Shown piece by piece: positions 46,415 through 56,079 of a DNA stretch of 64,000 nucleotides (positions are counted from its first letter, which is position 1; each line of letters begins with the position of its first letter). The DNA comes from Opitutia bacterium (GTDB lineage Bacteria > Verrucomicrobiota > Verrucomicrobiia > Opitutales > Opitutaceae): the NCBI GenBank assembly GCA_947478395.1, contig CANJVR010000005.1, forward strand, positions 1 through 64,000, given 5' to 3'. A program made the position numbers and the translations under genes. Below the pieces are notes generated by a model that saw only the letters and a list, made by a program, of their open reading frames with translations, was not told where the DNA came from and did not search any database.

Positions 46415-48442
46415 ATGCGCACCAAAGTCACGCTGGTCCTGCTCTTCCTGAACGTCGCGCTGTTCTTCTTCATCTTCAAATTCGAGGGTAGCTGGCGCAC
46501 CGAACGCGCCTCGCTCGAAGCCCGCCGCCGCGTGCTCGGCGCGGAGGCCGCCGACATTCGCACGCTTTCCGTTACGAGTACCGCCCCCGGCGGCTCATTC
46601 GCGCTCAGCCGGCGCGGCGCCAACTGGTTTCTCACCACGCCTCTCGACTGGCCGGCTAACGTCCACGCGGTCAACCGCATCCTCGGTGAACTTAAACTCC
46701 TCGAGCACGACGCAAGCTTCGAGGTCGCCGCGTTGAAAAATAACGGCCAGTCCCTCGCCGACTACGGCCTCGACAAACCGCGGCTCACGCTCGCGTTCAA
46801 TTCCGGCGACGCCACCGGAGATGTTTCCTCCCGCACGACCACGATTCTAATCGGCGACACGACTCCCGACGGCAACCGCCTGTACCTGCTCTCGGCCGAC
46901 GGCGAACGCGTCCACGTTGTCCCTCGCGCCGTGGCCGAAAGCCTGACGCTTCCGATCGACCAGCTCCGCAACGACGGCATCCTCAGCATCCCCGTCTACG
47001 AGGCACGCGGTCTGCGCCTGGTCCGCACCAGCACGGCAAGCACGGGCACCGCGGCCGTCGTGCTCCACCGCGACGGTGCCCGCGAAGTGGCCCACTGGTC
47101 GTTCGACACCCCGATCGTCGCTCGCGCCAGCAAAAATGCCACTGAACTCACGCTGAATTCCCTGTTCTCGCTCCGGGCGAAAACCTTTCTCACCGACAAT
47201 CCGCCGGGCGCGCTGCCGTCGGCCGCACCCACCCTGCGCGTCACCGTGGAAGGCAACAACCGGCGCGAAACGCTTCTGCTCGGCGAGCCCGTACCGCCGG
47301 CCAGCCTGAAACCCGAAACCCAGAACTCAAAACCGGGCGCCGCCGCCCCCGCCTCAACCGAATACTACGCCCAGCTGGAGGGCCGCACCGCATTGTTCAC
47401 CGTCGTGATCGAAGAGACGCTTCAGGCCACGCTGCTCAACGCCCAGAAAGAACTTCGCGAAACGCTCCTGCTCGAATTCGAACCCCGCAGTGTGACCGCA
47501 ATCACCATCAACGCGCCGAACCAGCCGCCCCTAATCCTGCAGCGAGACCTCGCGGCCAACTCGGCTGACACCGCCCCGTGGCAGGTCGTACGACGCAGCG
47601 AGAATTCCCCGGCGCCGCAAACACGGCCCGCCGACCGCGCGGCCGTGCAGCGCTTACTTGAGCAACTTGCGCTGCTCACGGTCCAAAAATTCTCCAGCGA
47701 TGCACCCACCGCCGCCGAATTAGAAAACTGGGGCTTCAACCGGCCGGAACGGGAAATCACGCTGAGCCTCGCTGGGCCCAGACCAGCAGGCACCCCGCTT
47801 TCACCCGCCTCGAAGCCCGGCGAAAATCCCGCCGCCGCCAATTCTCAGATCACGCTAAAAGTCGGCCTCGCCACCCAACGCGACAACCTCGCCTATGCCC
47901 AGCTCGTCGGACCCGTGCCGTCGGTCTACGCGGTTTCGCCCGACATTCTCCGCGAGACCCCGACCGCTTTCCGCGCTTGGCGCGACCGGCTCGTGCGCGA
48001 ATTGCCCGGCCCCGTCCGCATCAGTGCGTTGAAACTCACCGACCTCGCCAACAACACCGTCCTGGCCGAGGTCGCCTTCGACGCGTCCGGCAATCTGCCG
48101 GCGGAGACGCCCAACGCCAAACCGCTCACCGAGCTGGCCGCCGCGCTTCGCGTCCTCCGCGCAAAAAGTTTCGTGCAGGACAATTTCACCGAAACGATGT
48201 TCATCCGCGGGGAAGAACGCGCGTGGCGGTTCCGCCTCGACACCACCATCGTTTTGCCCGCCGGAGCGGCCAACGCGCAGACGACCACCAGCACGCTCCT
48301 CTTCACCGAGCGCAGTGGCGGAGCGCAACAAATCGCGGGCTCGCGCGAATCCGATCTGGTCTTCGAAATCGAACAGCCACTCGTCGACGCACTCTGGGCC
48401 ATCACTTACGGCCCGCGCGATCCGAGTGCCGTTACCAAATAA
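46415..48442 (+). CDS. DUF4340-like periplasmic protein
   Basis: N-terminal anchor, repeated units with LADYGLDKP and LENWGFNRP. Follows GldG. Confidence 0.78.
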   Translation: MRTKVTLVLLFLNVALFFFIFKFEGSWRTERASLEARRRVLGAEAADIRTLSVTSTAPGGSFALSRRGANWFLTTPLDWPANVHAVNRILGELKLLEHDASFEVAALKNNGQSLADYGLDKPRLTLAFNSGDATGDVSSRTTTILIGDTTPDGNRLYLLSADGERVHVVPRAVAESLTLPIDQLRNDGILSIPVYEARGLRLVRTSTASTGTAAVVLHRDGAREVAHWSFDTPIVARASKNATELTLNSLFSLRAKTFLTDNPPGALPSAAPTLRVTVEGNNRRETLLLGEPVPPASLKPETQNSKPGAAAPASTEYYAQLEGRTALFTVVIEETLQATLLNAQKELRETLLLEFEPRSVTAITINAPNQPPLILQRDLAANSADTAPWQVVRRSENSPAPQTRPADRAAVQRLLEQLALLTVQKFSSDAPTAAELENWGFNRPEREITLSLAGPRPAGTPLSPASKPGENPAAANSQITLKVGLATQRDNLAYAQLVGPVPSVYAVSPDILRETPTAFRAWRDRLVRELPGPVRISALKLTDLANNTVLAEVAFDASGNLPAETPNAKPLTELAAALRVLRAKSFVQDNFTETMFIRGEERAWRFRLDTTIVLPAGAANAQTTTSTLLFTERSGGAQQIAGSRESDLVFEIEQPLVDALWAITYGPRDPSAVTK

Positions 48443-48468
48443 AACCGACGCCGCCGCACGTCGCTGCA

Positions 48469-51243
48469 ATGCGCGCTTTTCTAAAAATCTGCCTGACGGC
48501 CAGCCGGCATTGTGTGCTCAGCGTGTGCACGCTCGTGCTGTGGACTTTCTGGCTGGGCCTCGGACTGCTACTCGGGCTCCAGATTTACATCGCCCGCGTG
48601 CACGAGCTCGAAGTGCCTTCGTACATTTTGCGAGCGGTCGAACAGCGTTACCTCTCCGCCGGGCTCCATACCACCTTCGGGCGCACGCGCTTCGATCCTT
48701 CCGGCCATCTCCTGATCGAAGACCTACGCGCCACGGTTCCTTCGTTCGAGGAGCCCATCGTCACCGTTCGGACGCTCTCCGCCCGGCTCAATCCATGGAC
48801 ACTGCTCGTCGGGCGCGTGGATGAACTCGAAGTGAGCGCGACCGGGGTGACCCTCTTCGTGCCCGCCATGCTTTCGGCCTCAGGTCGGGTCGAGGAACTC
48901 GTCCGCAATCTCGACGTCACCTTCGCGCCCCACGGCGAGCAGCTTACGCTGCTAAATCTAGCCGGCATGATCGGTTCACTCCCGATTTCGGCGCACGGCA
49001 CGGTCCAGCTCGCCCCGCACCGCGCCGGCCAGCCCTCTCCGCCGCCGGTCGCCGAGTTCCTCGCCCAAAACTACGCTGCGCTCTCGCGTCGCATCGCCAC
49101 CGCGTTGGTTCGCTTGAACAGTTTCGAATCGCCTCACGTGCACCTGGAGCTAACGCCCGCGAAAAATCGCGGCGCAATTGCAGACGTCGTTTTGACCGCC
49201 AGCGGTTTCCATTGGTCCAACCCCGCGATTCAAACCGGCCCGCTCTTAGTGACCACCCAAGTGACGCTGCCTTCCGAGGCGCCCACCCCTATCGACCTGG
49301 CCATCGACCTCGATCGCTTTTCCGTACCGGGCAATGGTGCGGGCGAACGATTACACGCGCAGATCAACGGCACGCTCCGCGCCGCATCCGGCGCTTTCGA
49401 CCCGATCACGGCGGATCTAACGGCGGCTGAATTTCGGATCGCCGGGGCTCGGTTGAGCAGCACCGCTCTGCACCTCACGCCAGGGCCACTCCCACGTCTC
49501 GCCGTCAACCTAACCACTCGCTTCGCCGGCCAGCCACTTTACGCGACTGTCACCGCCGATCTCGAAGCGCAGGCCGCGCAGGTCGCCTTCAGCGGGTTCG
49601 TCGACAACGGTCTGCTCGGAGTCATCGGCCAACAAATCGGCCAGGACGTGCGGGCGTGGATCGATTTTCCCGAACCCGCCTCGGTCCTCGCGGCGGACGC
49701 CTCTTTCGCGGCCGGCTGGAAATGGGAAAAACTCAACGCCCGGATCGTCGTTCCCGCGATTAACGCCTTTCACGTGCCACTCACCGACGGTCGCGTGGCC
49801 GTCGAGCTGACGCCGACACGGCTCTACGCGCCGGAGGCCTTTGCCCGCATCGGCGAAAATTTTGCCCGCGGCACATATGATCACGACCCGGCGACGAATC
49901 GCTACCGGTTCCTCCTCGACGGTGAACTGCGCCCGCTCGCCATCTCCGGGTGGTTCAACGGCAGTTGGTGGCCGAATTTTTTCAACAACCTCGTTTTCCC
50001 AGCCGCAACGCCCAGCGCCAGCGTGGAAGTGGCGGGACGCTGGGGCCGCAACACCGCGGGTGAATCCCGTGTGCTGGTGATCGCTGCAAGTCCTGCACTG
50101 GAAATCTATGGGGCGAAATTCGAGGACGCCCGCGCCCGGCTTTTCATCCGCCCCAATTTTCTAGACGTCTACGAGTTTTCCGGGGCCGCCGGACCGGGGC
50201 GCGTCAGCGGAAAATTTAACCGGCGCCTCGATGCGACCACGCAAACTTTGAACAGCGCGGAATTCGATGTGGTCTCGAACATCGATCCAGCCGGCCCGGC
50301 CCGGATGTTTGGCAACGCCGGACGCGAGTTGGTAGAGCCGTTTGCTTTCGACCAGCCCCCGGCATTGACGATCCGCGGGCGAATCGACGGCGCAGCGGCA
50401 CCGGGCGGTGCACATACGTCCGTCGACGTCGATGCCCGCTCGAACGGCGCGTTTCGCTTTCATGATTTCCCACTCGAATACGCCGCGCTCCAAGTCGTCC
50501 TACGTGACGACGTGCTCGCGCTCGAATCGGTCGAAGCGGGATTCGCTGGTGGCACGGTTACCGGGCGCACAAAAGTATGGGGTCGCGGCGGGGATCGCCG
50601 CCTCGGCTTCGACTACGCGTTAAAAGGGGCCGGACTTGGCCGCGCGATCGCCACCCTGGAAAATTTCGCCGCTCAGCGGAAAAAAGCGCCGATGCCGCCA
50701 CCTAATCGGTTTCTCAACGACAAAGCCAATCTGCGGTTCGAACTCGCCGCCTCAGCCGAGGGAAAATACGACGACCCCTTCAGCTATCGCGGCGAGGGCA
50801 ACGCCTCCTTGAGCGGTGCGGAACTCGGCGAAGTGAAACTCTTGGGCCTGCTCTCGGATCTTTTTAGTTTCACCGCGCTCCGGTTCAACATGGCGCGCGC
50901 GACCTTTCGCATCGACGGGACGCAGTTGGTTTTTTCCGACGTCAGTCTCACGGGCGCGAATTCCGCGATCAATGCCCATGGCACGTACGCGCTTGACCGA
51001 CGCGCACTCGATTTCAACGCGAAGATTTTCCCATTTCAGGAAAGCGACCCCGGCTTAAAAACCCTGGTGGGCGCCGTGCTGTCGCCACTCTCAAATGTAT
51101 TTGAAGTGAAACTCGGCGGTTCTCTCGACCAGCCGTCGTGGCGTTTCGCCATCGGGCCGAGCAACCTGCTCCGCAACCCAAACGAAGGGGCGCCGGCGCC
51201 GGAATTGCCCTTACCGCCCGTGAAACCCACTCCGCCGCCGTAA
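48469..51243 (+). CDS. AsmA-like C-terminal-region protein
   Basis: N-terminal TM, long beta-strand-rich body, C-terminal AHGTYAL...FEVKLGGSLDQPSW. ATG 48469. Confidence 0.72.
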   Translation: MRAFLKICLTASRHCVLSVCTLVLWTFWLGLGLLLGLQIYIARVHELEVPSYILRAVEQRYLSAGLHTTFGRTRFDPSGHLLIEDLRATVPSFEEPIVTVRTLSARLNPWTLLVGRVDELEVSATGVTLFVPAMLSASGRVEELVRNLDVTFAPHGEQLTLLNLAGMIGSLPISAHGTVQLAPHRAGQPSPPPVAEFLAQNYAALSRRIATALVRLNSFESPHVHLELTPAKNRGAIADVVLTASGFHWSNPAIQTGPLLVTTQVTLPSEAPTPIDLAIDLDRFSVPGNGAGERLHAQINGTLRAASGAFDPITADLTAAEFRIAGARLSSTALHLTPGPLPRLAVNLTTRFAGQPLYATVTADLEAQAAQVAFSGFVDNGLLGVIGQQIGQDVRAWIDFPEPASVLAADASFAAGWKWEKLNARIVVPAINAFHVPLTDGRVAVELTPTRLYAPEAFARIGENFARGTYDHDPATNRYRFLLDGELRPLAISGWFNGSWWPNFFNNLVFPAATPSASVEVAGRWGRNTAGESRVLVIAASPALEIYGAKFEDARARLFIRPNFLDVYEFSGAAGPGRVSGKFNRRLDATTQTLNSAEFDVVSNIDPAGPARMFGNAGRELVEPFAFDQPPALTIRGRIDGAAAPGGAHTSVDVDARSNGAFRFHDFPLEYAALQVVLRDDVLALESVEAGFAGGTVTGRTKVWGRGGDRRLGFDYALKGAGLGRAIATLENFAAQRKKAPMPPPNRFLNDKANLRFELAASAEGKYDDPFSYRGEGNASLSGAELGEVKLLGLLSDLFSFTALRFNMARATFRIDGTQLVFSDVSLTGANSAINAHGTYALDRRALDFNAKIFPFQESDPGLKTLVGAVLSPLSNVFEVKLGGSLDQPSWRFAIGPSNLLRNPNEGAPAPELPLPPVKPTPPP

Positions 51244-51254
51244 AGGGCGTAACA

Positions 51255-51344
51255 GGTAGGGAGCGTTGTTCTTAACGCGCCGGTTTGATATCACTTCCCT
51301 AGGCGCCGAGTGACAGCGGCGGATTAAGGATAACCCGCGCCACC
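51255..51344. repeat. REPIN/MITE-like element, family B (inverted copy of 41461-41552)
   Basis: Aligns with the reverse complement of 41461-41552 across both arms and the internal spacer. Confidence 0.85.
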
Positions 51345-51363
51345 TTCGAGCGATCCCCGCCGT

Positions 51364-51819
51364 CTAAGACTGGATCTTAGGATTTTCCTCGCCGAGGGCA
51401 CTGGCCAGATCGGTGAGATGTTCCTGTTCTTGAACGATAATTTCACGCAGCACTTCGCTCAACGCGTATTCGCCCATGGCCTCGGCCTGACGGATGCGTT
51501 CGCGATAGTTGAGGATGGTCACGCGCTCGTTTTCCAATTCGAAGCGCAGCATATCGTCCGGGTCTTCCGACATCTTAACGGCGTTCGGTGTGGGCACCGG
51601 CGTCCCGTTAAAATAGTCGATCTGCTTAGCGATTTTAATCGCGTGTTCGAGCTCCTCGCCGGCGTGCTGCTGCAATTCGCGGGCGATGTGCTGATACTTC
51701 GCGCCTTTCATCGTCTGGCTGTAAACCACGCAGGTGATGACCGACTGAAATTCACGGGCTAAGTCCTCGTTGAGGAACTCGATCATTTCTTTGCGGGTGA
51801 TGGCTGGCGTTTTTTTCAT
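51364..51819 (-). CDS. Ferritin-like (bacterioferritin-type) protein
   Basis: LNEDLARE, EELEHA, ENE, EQEH ferroxidase-type ligands. Start ATG 51819. Confidence 0.88.
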   Translation of the reverse strand: MKKTPAITRKEMIEFLNEDLAREFQSVITCVVYSQTMKGAKYQHIARELQQHAGEELEHAIKIAKQIDYFNGTPVPTPNAVKMSEDPDDMLRFELENERVTILNYRERIRQAEAMGEYALSEVLREIIVQEQEHLTDLASALGEENPKIQS

Positions 51820-51941
51820 CGGTGCAGTGGTGCCTCCACGCATCGACCAGGGTTTGAGCCAACGGTGCCCTGCGCCGCAGATAGATCCGGGGCGGTCAAA
51901 TTTATTCCCTCCGCGCAGCCAGAGGGTTTTCGGATCGGCCC

Positions 51942-52958
51942 TCAGCTTGCCTTGCCCTGCCGCAGCCGATCCAGGAAAACCGCGACGATGATCACCACGC
52001 CGATGATGATTTCCTGAAAATAGGTCGGCCAGCCCATCTGCTGCGAGCCGTTGCGCAGGACCGCCATGATAAGCGCGCCGATCATCGAACCGAGAATCGT
52101 GCCCACCCCGCCGGACAAGCTCGCGCCACCAATAATCACGGCGGCGATAATATCGAGTTCGAGTCCGACTGCCACCGTGGGGTCGCCCTGGCGCAGACGG
52201 GAAAGTTGAAAGAGCCCCGCGAGCCCGAAGAAGCAACCCGCCAGCGCGTAGATCATCACCTTGAGCCGCGTCGTGGGAATACCGCACAGCCGCGCCGTGG
52301 CCTCATTTGAACCGAGCGCAAAAACGTGGCGCCCGAAAATCGTGTTGCGCAGCAACAGCGACGTCAGCGCCGCAAGCACCACCGCGATCCAAACGCCCAG
52401 TGGAAGTTTTCCCGCAAACTCGACCAACCGCCCGAGAAATCCCGGCAGCCACACCGGTCCGCCCTCGGGGAACGTGATGGTCGGCGCCGTCATCCACGTG
52501 TTGATCGGCGAAGTCTCGTAGTTAACCGTCTGGTCCTGGGCGAGCCACTTGGCCGAGCCCCGCGCGATGCCGAGTGTGCCGAGCGTAATGATGAACGGAA
52601 TCATCCGGAGCGCAGCGATCGCACTGCCGTTCAGCAATCCGATCAACCCGCCCGAGGCCAGTGAAACGAGCACCACCCCGGCCGGGCCCCAGCCGCGTTG
52701 GATGAGCGAGGCCCCGACAACACTGGTGAACGCGATGCTCGATCCGACGGAAAGGTCGATGCCGCCGCTGACGATCACCATCGTCATGCCTAGCGCTCCA
52801 ATCGCGACGATCACCGTTTGAATGAAAACAAAACGGAAATTAGCGTACGTCGGAAACACCTCGCGCATCTCCGCCGGCAGGGAAAAAAGTCCCACCACCA
52901 GGATGAGGCCGAGGAACGGACCCAGCTTTGCGGAAAGGCGTTTTAACGTGTCATTCAT
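51942..52958 (-). CDS. Sugar ABC transporter permease (RbsC-like)
   Basis: GGIDLSVGS, FIITLG, GSNEATARLCGI, ELDIIAAVIIGGASLSGG. Confidence 0.95.
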   Translation of the reverse strand: MNDTLKRLSAKLGPFLGLILVVGLFSLPAEMREVFPTYANFRFVFIQTVIVAIGALGMTMVIVSGGIDLSVGSSIAFTSVVGASLIQRGWGPAGVVLVSLASGGLIGLLNGSAIAALRMIPFIITLGTLGIARGSAKWLAQDQTVNYETSPINTWMTAPTITFPEGGPVWLPGFLGRLVEFAGKLPLGVWIAVVLAALTSLLLRNTIFGRHVFALGSNEATARLCGIPTTRLKVMIYALAGCFFGLAGLFQLSRLRQGDPTVAVGLELDIIAAVIIGGASLSGGVGTILGSMIGALIMAVLRNGSQQMGWPTYFQEIIIGVVIIVAVFLDRLRQGKAS

Positions 52959-52995
52959 GAAAAAATTCGGGGGAGCGTGAGCAGCAGGAACTACA

Positions 52996-53019
52996 TGTGG
53001 GCGGGGTGCCCCCATCCCG
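52996..53019. repeat. REP-like family A
   Basis: tgtgggcggggtgccccatcccgc. Confidence 0.65.
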
Positions 53020-53084
53020 CAAATCGTCGTTCGACCCGCGCCGTCCAAGGGGATGACCCGGCCGTGTCGCTTTGCTCGGCAGCT

Positions 53085-54623
53085 TCACTGCGTTCGGCAT
53101 GATATTTCGTTCGCCCGGCTTTCACTCCCGGTCGCCGTCCGCATGATCTCGGCCTCATTCCACTGCGCGCGCGGCCGCACCGCACTGAGTTCGCCGCGGC
53201 ACATCACCCCGATGGTGTCGCACAGCCCAAGCAATTCCGGGAGATAACTGCTCACTACGATCACGGCTTTCCCCGCGCCCGCGAGACGTCCGATCAGCTC
53301 GTAGATCTGGGCCTTGCTGCCGACGTCGATTCCGCGCGTCGGTTCATCGAGGAGAAAAATGCGGGCGGGGTGTTCCAGCAGACGGGCCAGCGCGACCTTC
53401 TGTTGATTGCCGCCGGAGAGCTGTCCGATGGGTTGGGTGGCGTCGCGGCACTTCACGCGCAGCTCATCGAGCCAGCGCTGGGCCGCCGCGCGTTGACGCC
53501 GCGCACTGATCCAGCCGAAACGGCCGAAAGTTTCGTGCTTCGTGAGCGTGAGGTTGTCGGCGATGGATTGGTTGAGCATCAAGCCCTCCTCCTTGCGATT
53601 CTCGCTCAGGAAACCGAGTCCCTGCTGCCAGCGTAGCCGGGGCGAACTAGCGCCCGTCGGAGCATCGAGGATGCACACCTCGCCTGAATCGAGCGCATCG
53701 AGTCCAAAAATCGCGCGCAGCAAATCGGTGCGGCCGGCGCCAATCAGACCAGCGAGCCCGAAAATCTCGCCTGCACGCAGTTGCAGCGCCGCGCGTTTCA
53801 AGCGCGGCGGTCGCGCCGCGGCCTTGACCTCAAGCACGACCGCGCCGGGCGCGTGCGCGGTGCGCGGATAGAGATCCTGCACTTCCCGCCCAGTCATCAA
53901 CGTCACGATTTGATCGAGACTGACAGCCTTCATCTCGCCGCTACCCACGGTTTCGCCGTCCTTCAGTACCGTGTAGCGGTCGGCGATGCGGCGACACTCT
54001 TCCAAAAAATGGCTGATGTAGATGATGCTGACGCCTTGGTCGCGCAGTCGCGCGATGGCCGCGAAAAGCTTGTCGGTATCAGCCTGCGTGAGACTGCTCG
54101 TGGGCTCGTCCATGATCAGCACCTGCGGCCGCATGAGCAGCGCCCGAGCGATTTCGATCACCTGTTGCTCTGCGATGGTGAAATCGCCGGCGAGGCGTTC
54201 GAGATCAATGCTCTCGTGCCCCAACTGGGCCAGTGCGGCGCGAGCTCGGGCGCACGAGGCCGCACGATCGATCCAACCGCCGGTGGCGGACTCGGCGCCG
54301 AGGAGGATATTTTCCCGCACGGTGAGGTGGAGCGCGAGATTAAGCTCCTGATAAATCATTGAGACACCCTTGAGCCGGGCGTCGTGCGGACCGGTCGGCC
54401 CATAGGGCCGGCCGCCGAGTTCCATCGTGCCGGCATCGGCCGCGTGCGCACCGCTGAGGATTTTCATCAGCGTGCTTTTGCCCGCGCCATTCTCACCGAT
54501 CAGCGCGTGGACCTCACCGGGCGCAACCGTGAGCGAGACGCCCCGCAGGGCGCGCGTGGCGCCGAAACTTTTTTGAATGCCGGCGAGGCGGAGCGCGGGA
54601 ACGGCGGTGACCACAGTTGTCAT
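53085..54623 (-). CDS. Sugar ABC transporter ATPase (RbsA-like, two domains)
   Basis: GENGAGKST, MDEPTSSL, LSGGNQQK, LDEPTRGIDVG. Confidence 0.96.
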   Translation of the reverse strand: MTTVVTAVPALRLAGIQKSFGATRALRGVSLTVAPGEVHALIGENGAGKSTLMKILSGAHAADAGTMELGGRPYGPTGPHDARLKGVSMIYQELNLALHLTVRENILLGAESATGGWIDRAASCARARAALAQLGHESIDLERLAGDFTIAEQQVIEIARALLMRPQVLIMDEPTSSLTQADTDKLFAAIARLRDQGVSIIYISHFLEECRRIADRYTVLKDGETVGSGEMKAVSLDQIVTLMTGREVQDLYPRTAHAPGAVVLEVKAAARPPRLKRAALQLRAGEIFGLAGLIGAGRTDLLRAIFGLDALDSGEVCILDAPTGASSPRLRWQQGLGFLSENRKEEGLMLNQSIADNLTLTKHETFGRFGWISARRQRAAAQRWLDELRVKCRDATQPIGQLSGGNQQKVALARLLEHPARIFLLDEPTRGIDVGSKAQIYELIGRLAGAGKAVIVVSSYLPELLGLCDTIGVMCRGELSAVRPRAQWNEAEIMRTATGSESRANEISCRTQ

Positions 54624-54644
54624 TCTGAGCGGAGCGCTGATCGA

Positions 54645-54722
54645 TGTGGGCGGGGCACCCTCGCCCCGCTTGAAAATCGCTGGCTGAACGACGTTTCGCG
54701 GCGTGAGGGCACCCGGCCCACA
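54645..54722. repeat. REP-like family A doublet
   Basis: tgtgggcggggcaccctcgccccgc ... gcggcgtgagggcacccggcccaca. Confidence 0.8.
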
Positions 54723-54826
54723 GTTGTCATTGGCCCAGCGACGAGAGGAACGAGTGCGGTCCGCGTCTCAGGATGGTCGAGCCGGAATAAGGAAACGTCC
54801 ATCGCTGGAGCGCACTCGTCAGAATC

Positions 54827-55819
54827 TCACTTCAGATACTTCGCCAGCGGTGGATTCATCAGCTCGGCGATGGCGGGCTCGTTCATGTTATCCTTGGTCA
54901 CAAAGCCCACGCCGGTGTCGATCGTGGCCGCGACTTTCTCCCCGCGAATGGCGGCGACGACCGTCTTCACCCCAAGGTAGCCCATCGCCATCGGATTCTG
55001 GACGACGAAACCCACAAGGTCGCCGGCTTTCAGGCCCGCGTTGAGTGTCTCACCCGCGTCAAATGCGACGAACTTCACCTTGCCACCCGCGAGGCCTGCA
55101 TCGCGCAAAGCCAGCAGCATGCCGGACGCGGCCGACTCGTTCGACGCGAAGATGCCGTTCACTTCCTTACCATAACGACTGAGCAAATTTTCCGAAACCC
55201 GTTTTGCGCTGTCGCGCGTCGCACCAGCGTGCTGGTCAGTGGAGATCAGCTTGATGCCCGGGAAATCTTTTTTCATCACCTCGAGAAAGCCCGTCTCACG
55301 TTCTTCCGTACTCGCGGAACCGACCTGATAGCGCAGCAAGATGACGTTGCCCTTGCCGCCGAGAACCCGGCCAAGATTGCGCGCCGCGATCCGGCCGCCC
55401 TCGGTGTTGTCGGTGGCCACGAAGCTCGACTGCGCCTTCGACTCGAGACCGGAGTCCACGACGACCACGGGGATCTTGGCGGCGACCGCTTCTTCGACGG
55501 CGCCGACGAGGGCCTTCTTGTCGAGGGGCGCCAACACGATGCCGTTTACTTTCCGTCCGATGAAATTCTGCACCACGGAAATCTGCTGGTCGCGATCGTC
55601 CTCCCGCAGCGGGCCCTTCCAGATGATTTTCACCGTGATACCCTGGGGTTTGAGCTGCTCGTTGAGTTCGAGCGCGGCTTTTTCAGCGCCGGCATTGATC
55701 GATTTCCAAAACTCGTGGGTGGTCCCCTTTGGGATCACAGCGATTTGGTAAACCGTGTCGGCCGCGCGCATCAGACCGGTCGAAGCAAGAAGACAGAGGG
55801 TAAAAAAGATTTTCTTCAT
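54827..55819 (-). CDS. Sugar ABC transporter substrate-binding protein
   Basis: Signal peptide, IPKGTTHEFW, VATDN, STEERE, VQNP..MGY. Confidence 0.93.
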   Translation of the reverse strand: MKKIFFTLCLLASTGLMRAADTVYQIAVIPKGTTHEFWKSINAGAEKAALELNEQLKPQGITVKIIWKGPLREDDRDQQISVVQNFIGRKVNGIVLAPLDKKALVGAVEEAVAAKIPVVVVDSGLESKAQSSFVATDNTEGGRIAARNLGRVLGGKGNVILLRYQVGSASTEERETGFLEVMKKDFPGIKLISTDQHAGATRDSAKRVSENLLSRYGKEVNGIFASNESAASGMLLALRDAGLAGGKVKFVAFDAGETLNAGLKAGDLVGFVVQNPMAMGYLGVKTVVAAIRGEKVAATIDTGVGFVTKDNMNEPAIAELMNPPLAKYLK

Positions 55820-56079
55820 GGGGTAAAAGGTAGCCCAATCTTCGCAGTCAGCCGCGGCTGTCGAGGGTAGAAATCGGGCCGTGGACACGCTCCAACGTTC
55901 AACCTGGACCGTCCGCGAGCGAAACGGTTATCTCGGGGTCCGCGAAGAGGAAAAACCTGGTTTGAAGTTTAGGCATCTGAAAGCGCGGGCGTGAGCGGGC
56001 GGACTTCGCGGCGATTTCATCGGGGACTCCAACGTTTTGTTTCGCATCCGTAACATTCACCGTTACGCAGAGCGAACGC

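Noticed and set aside
4033..52287. Long N-terminal extensions in the ORF track (4033, 4588, 8006, 19778, 31441, 33093, 47977, 52287)
   Set aside because: They translate intergenic repeats or overlap neighbouring genes. Downstream starts match the family N-termini better.
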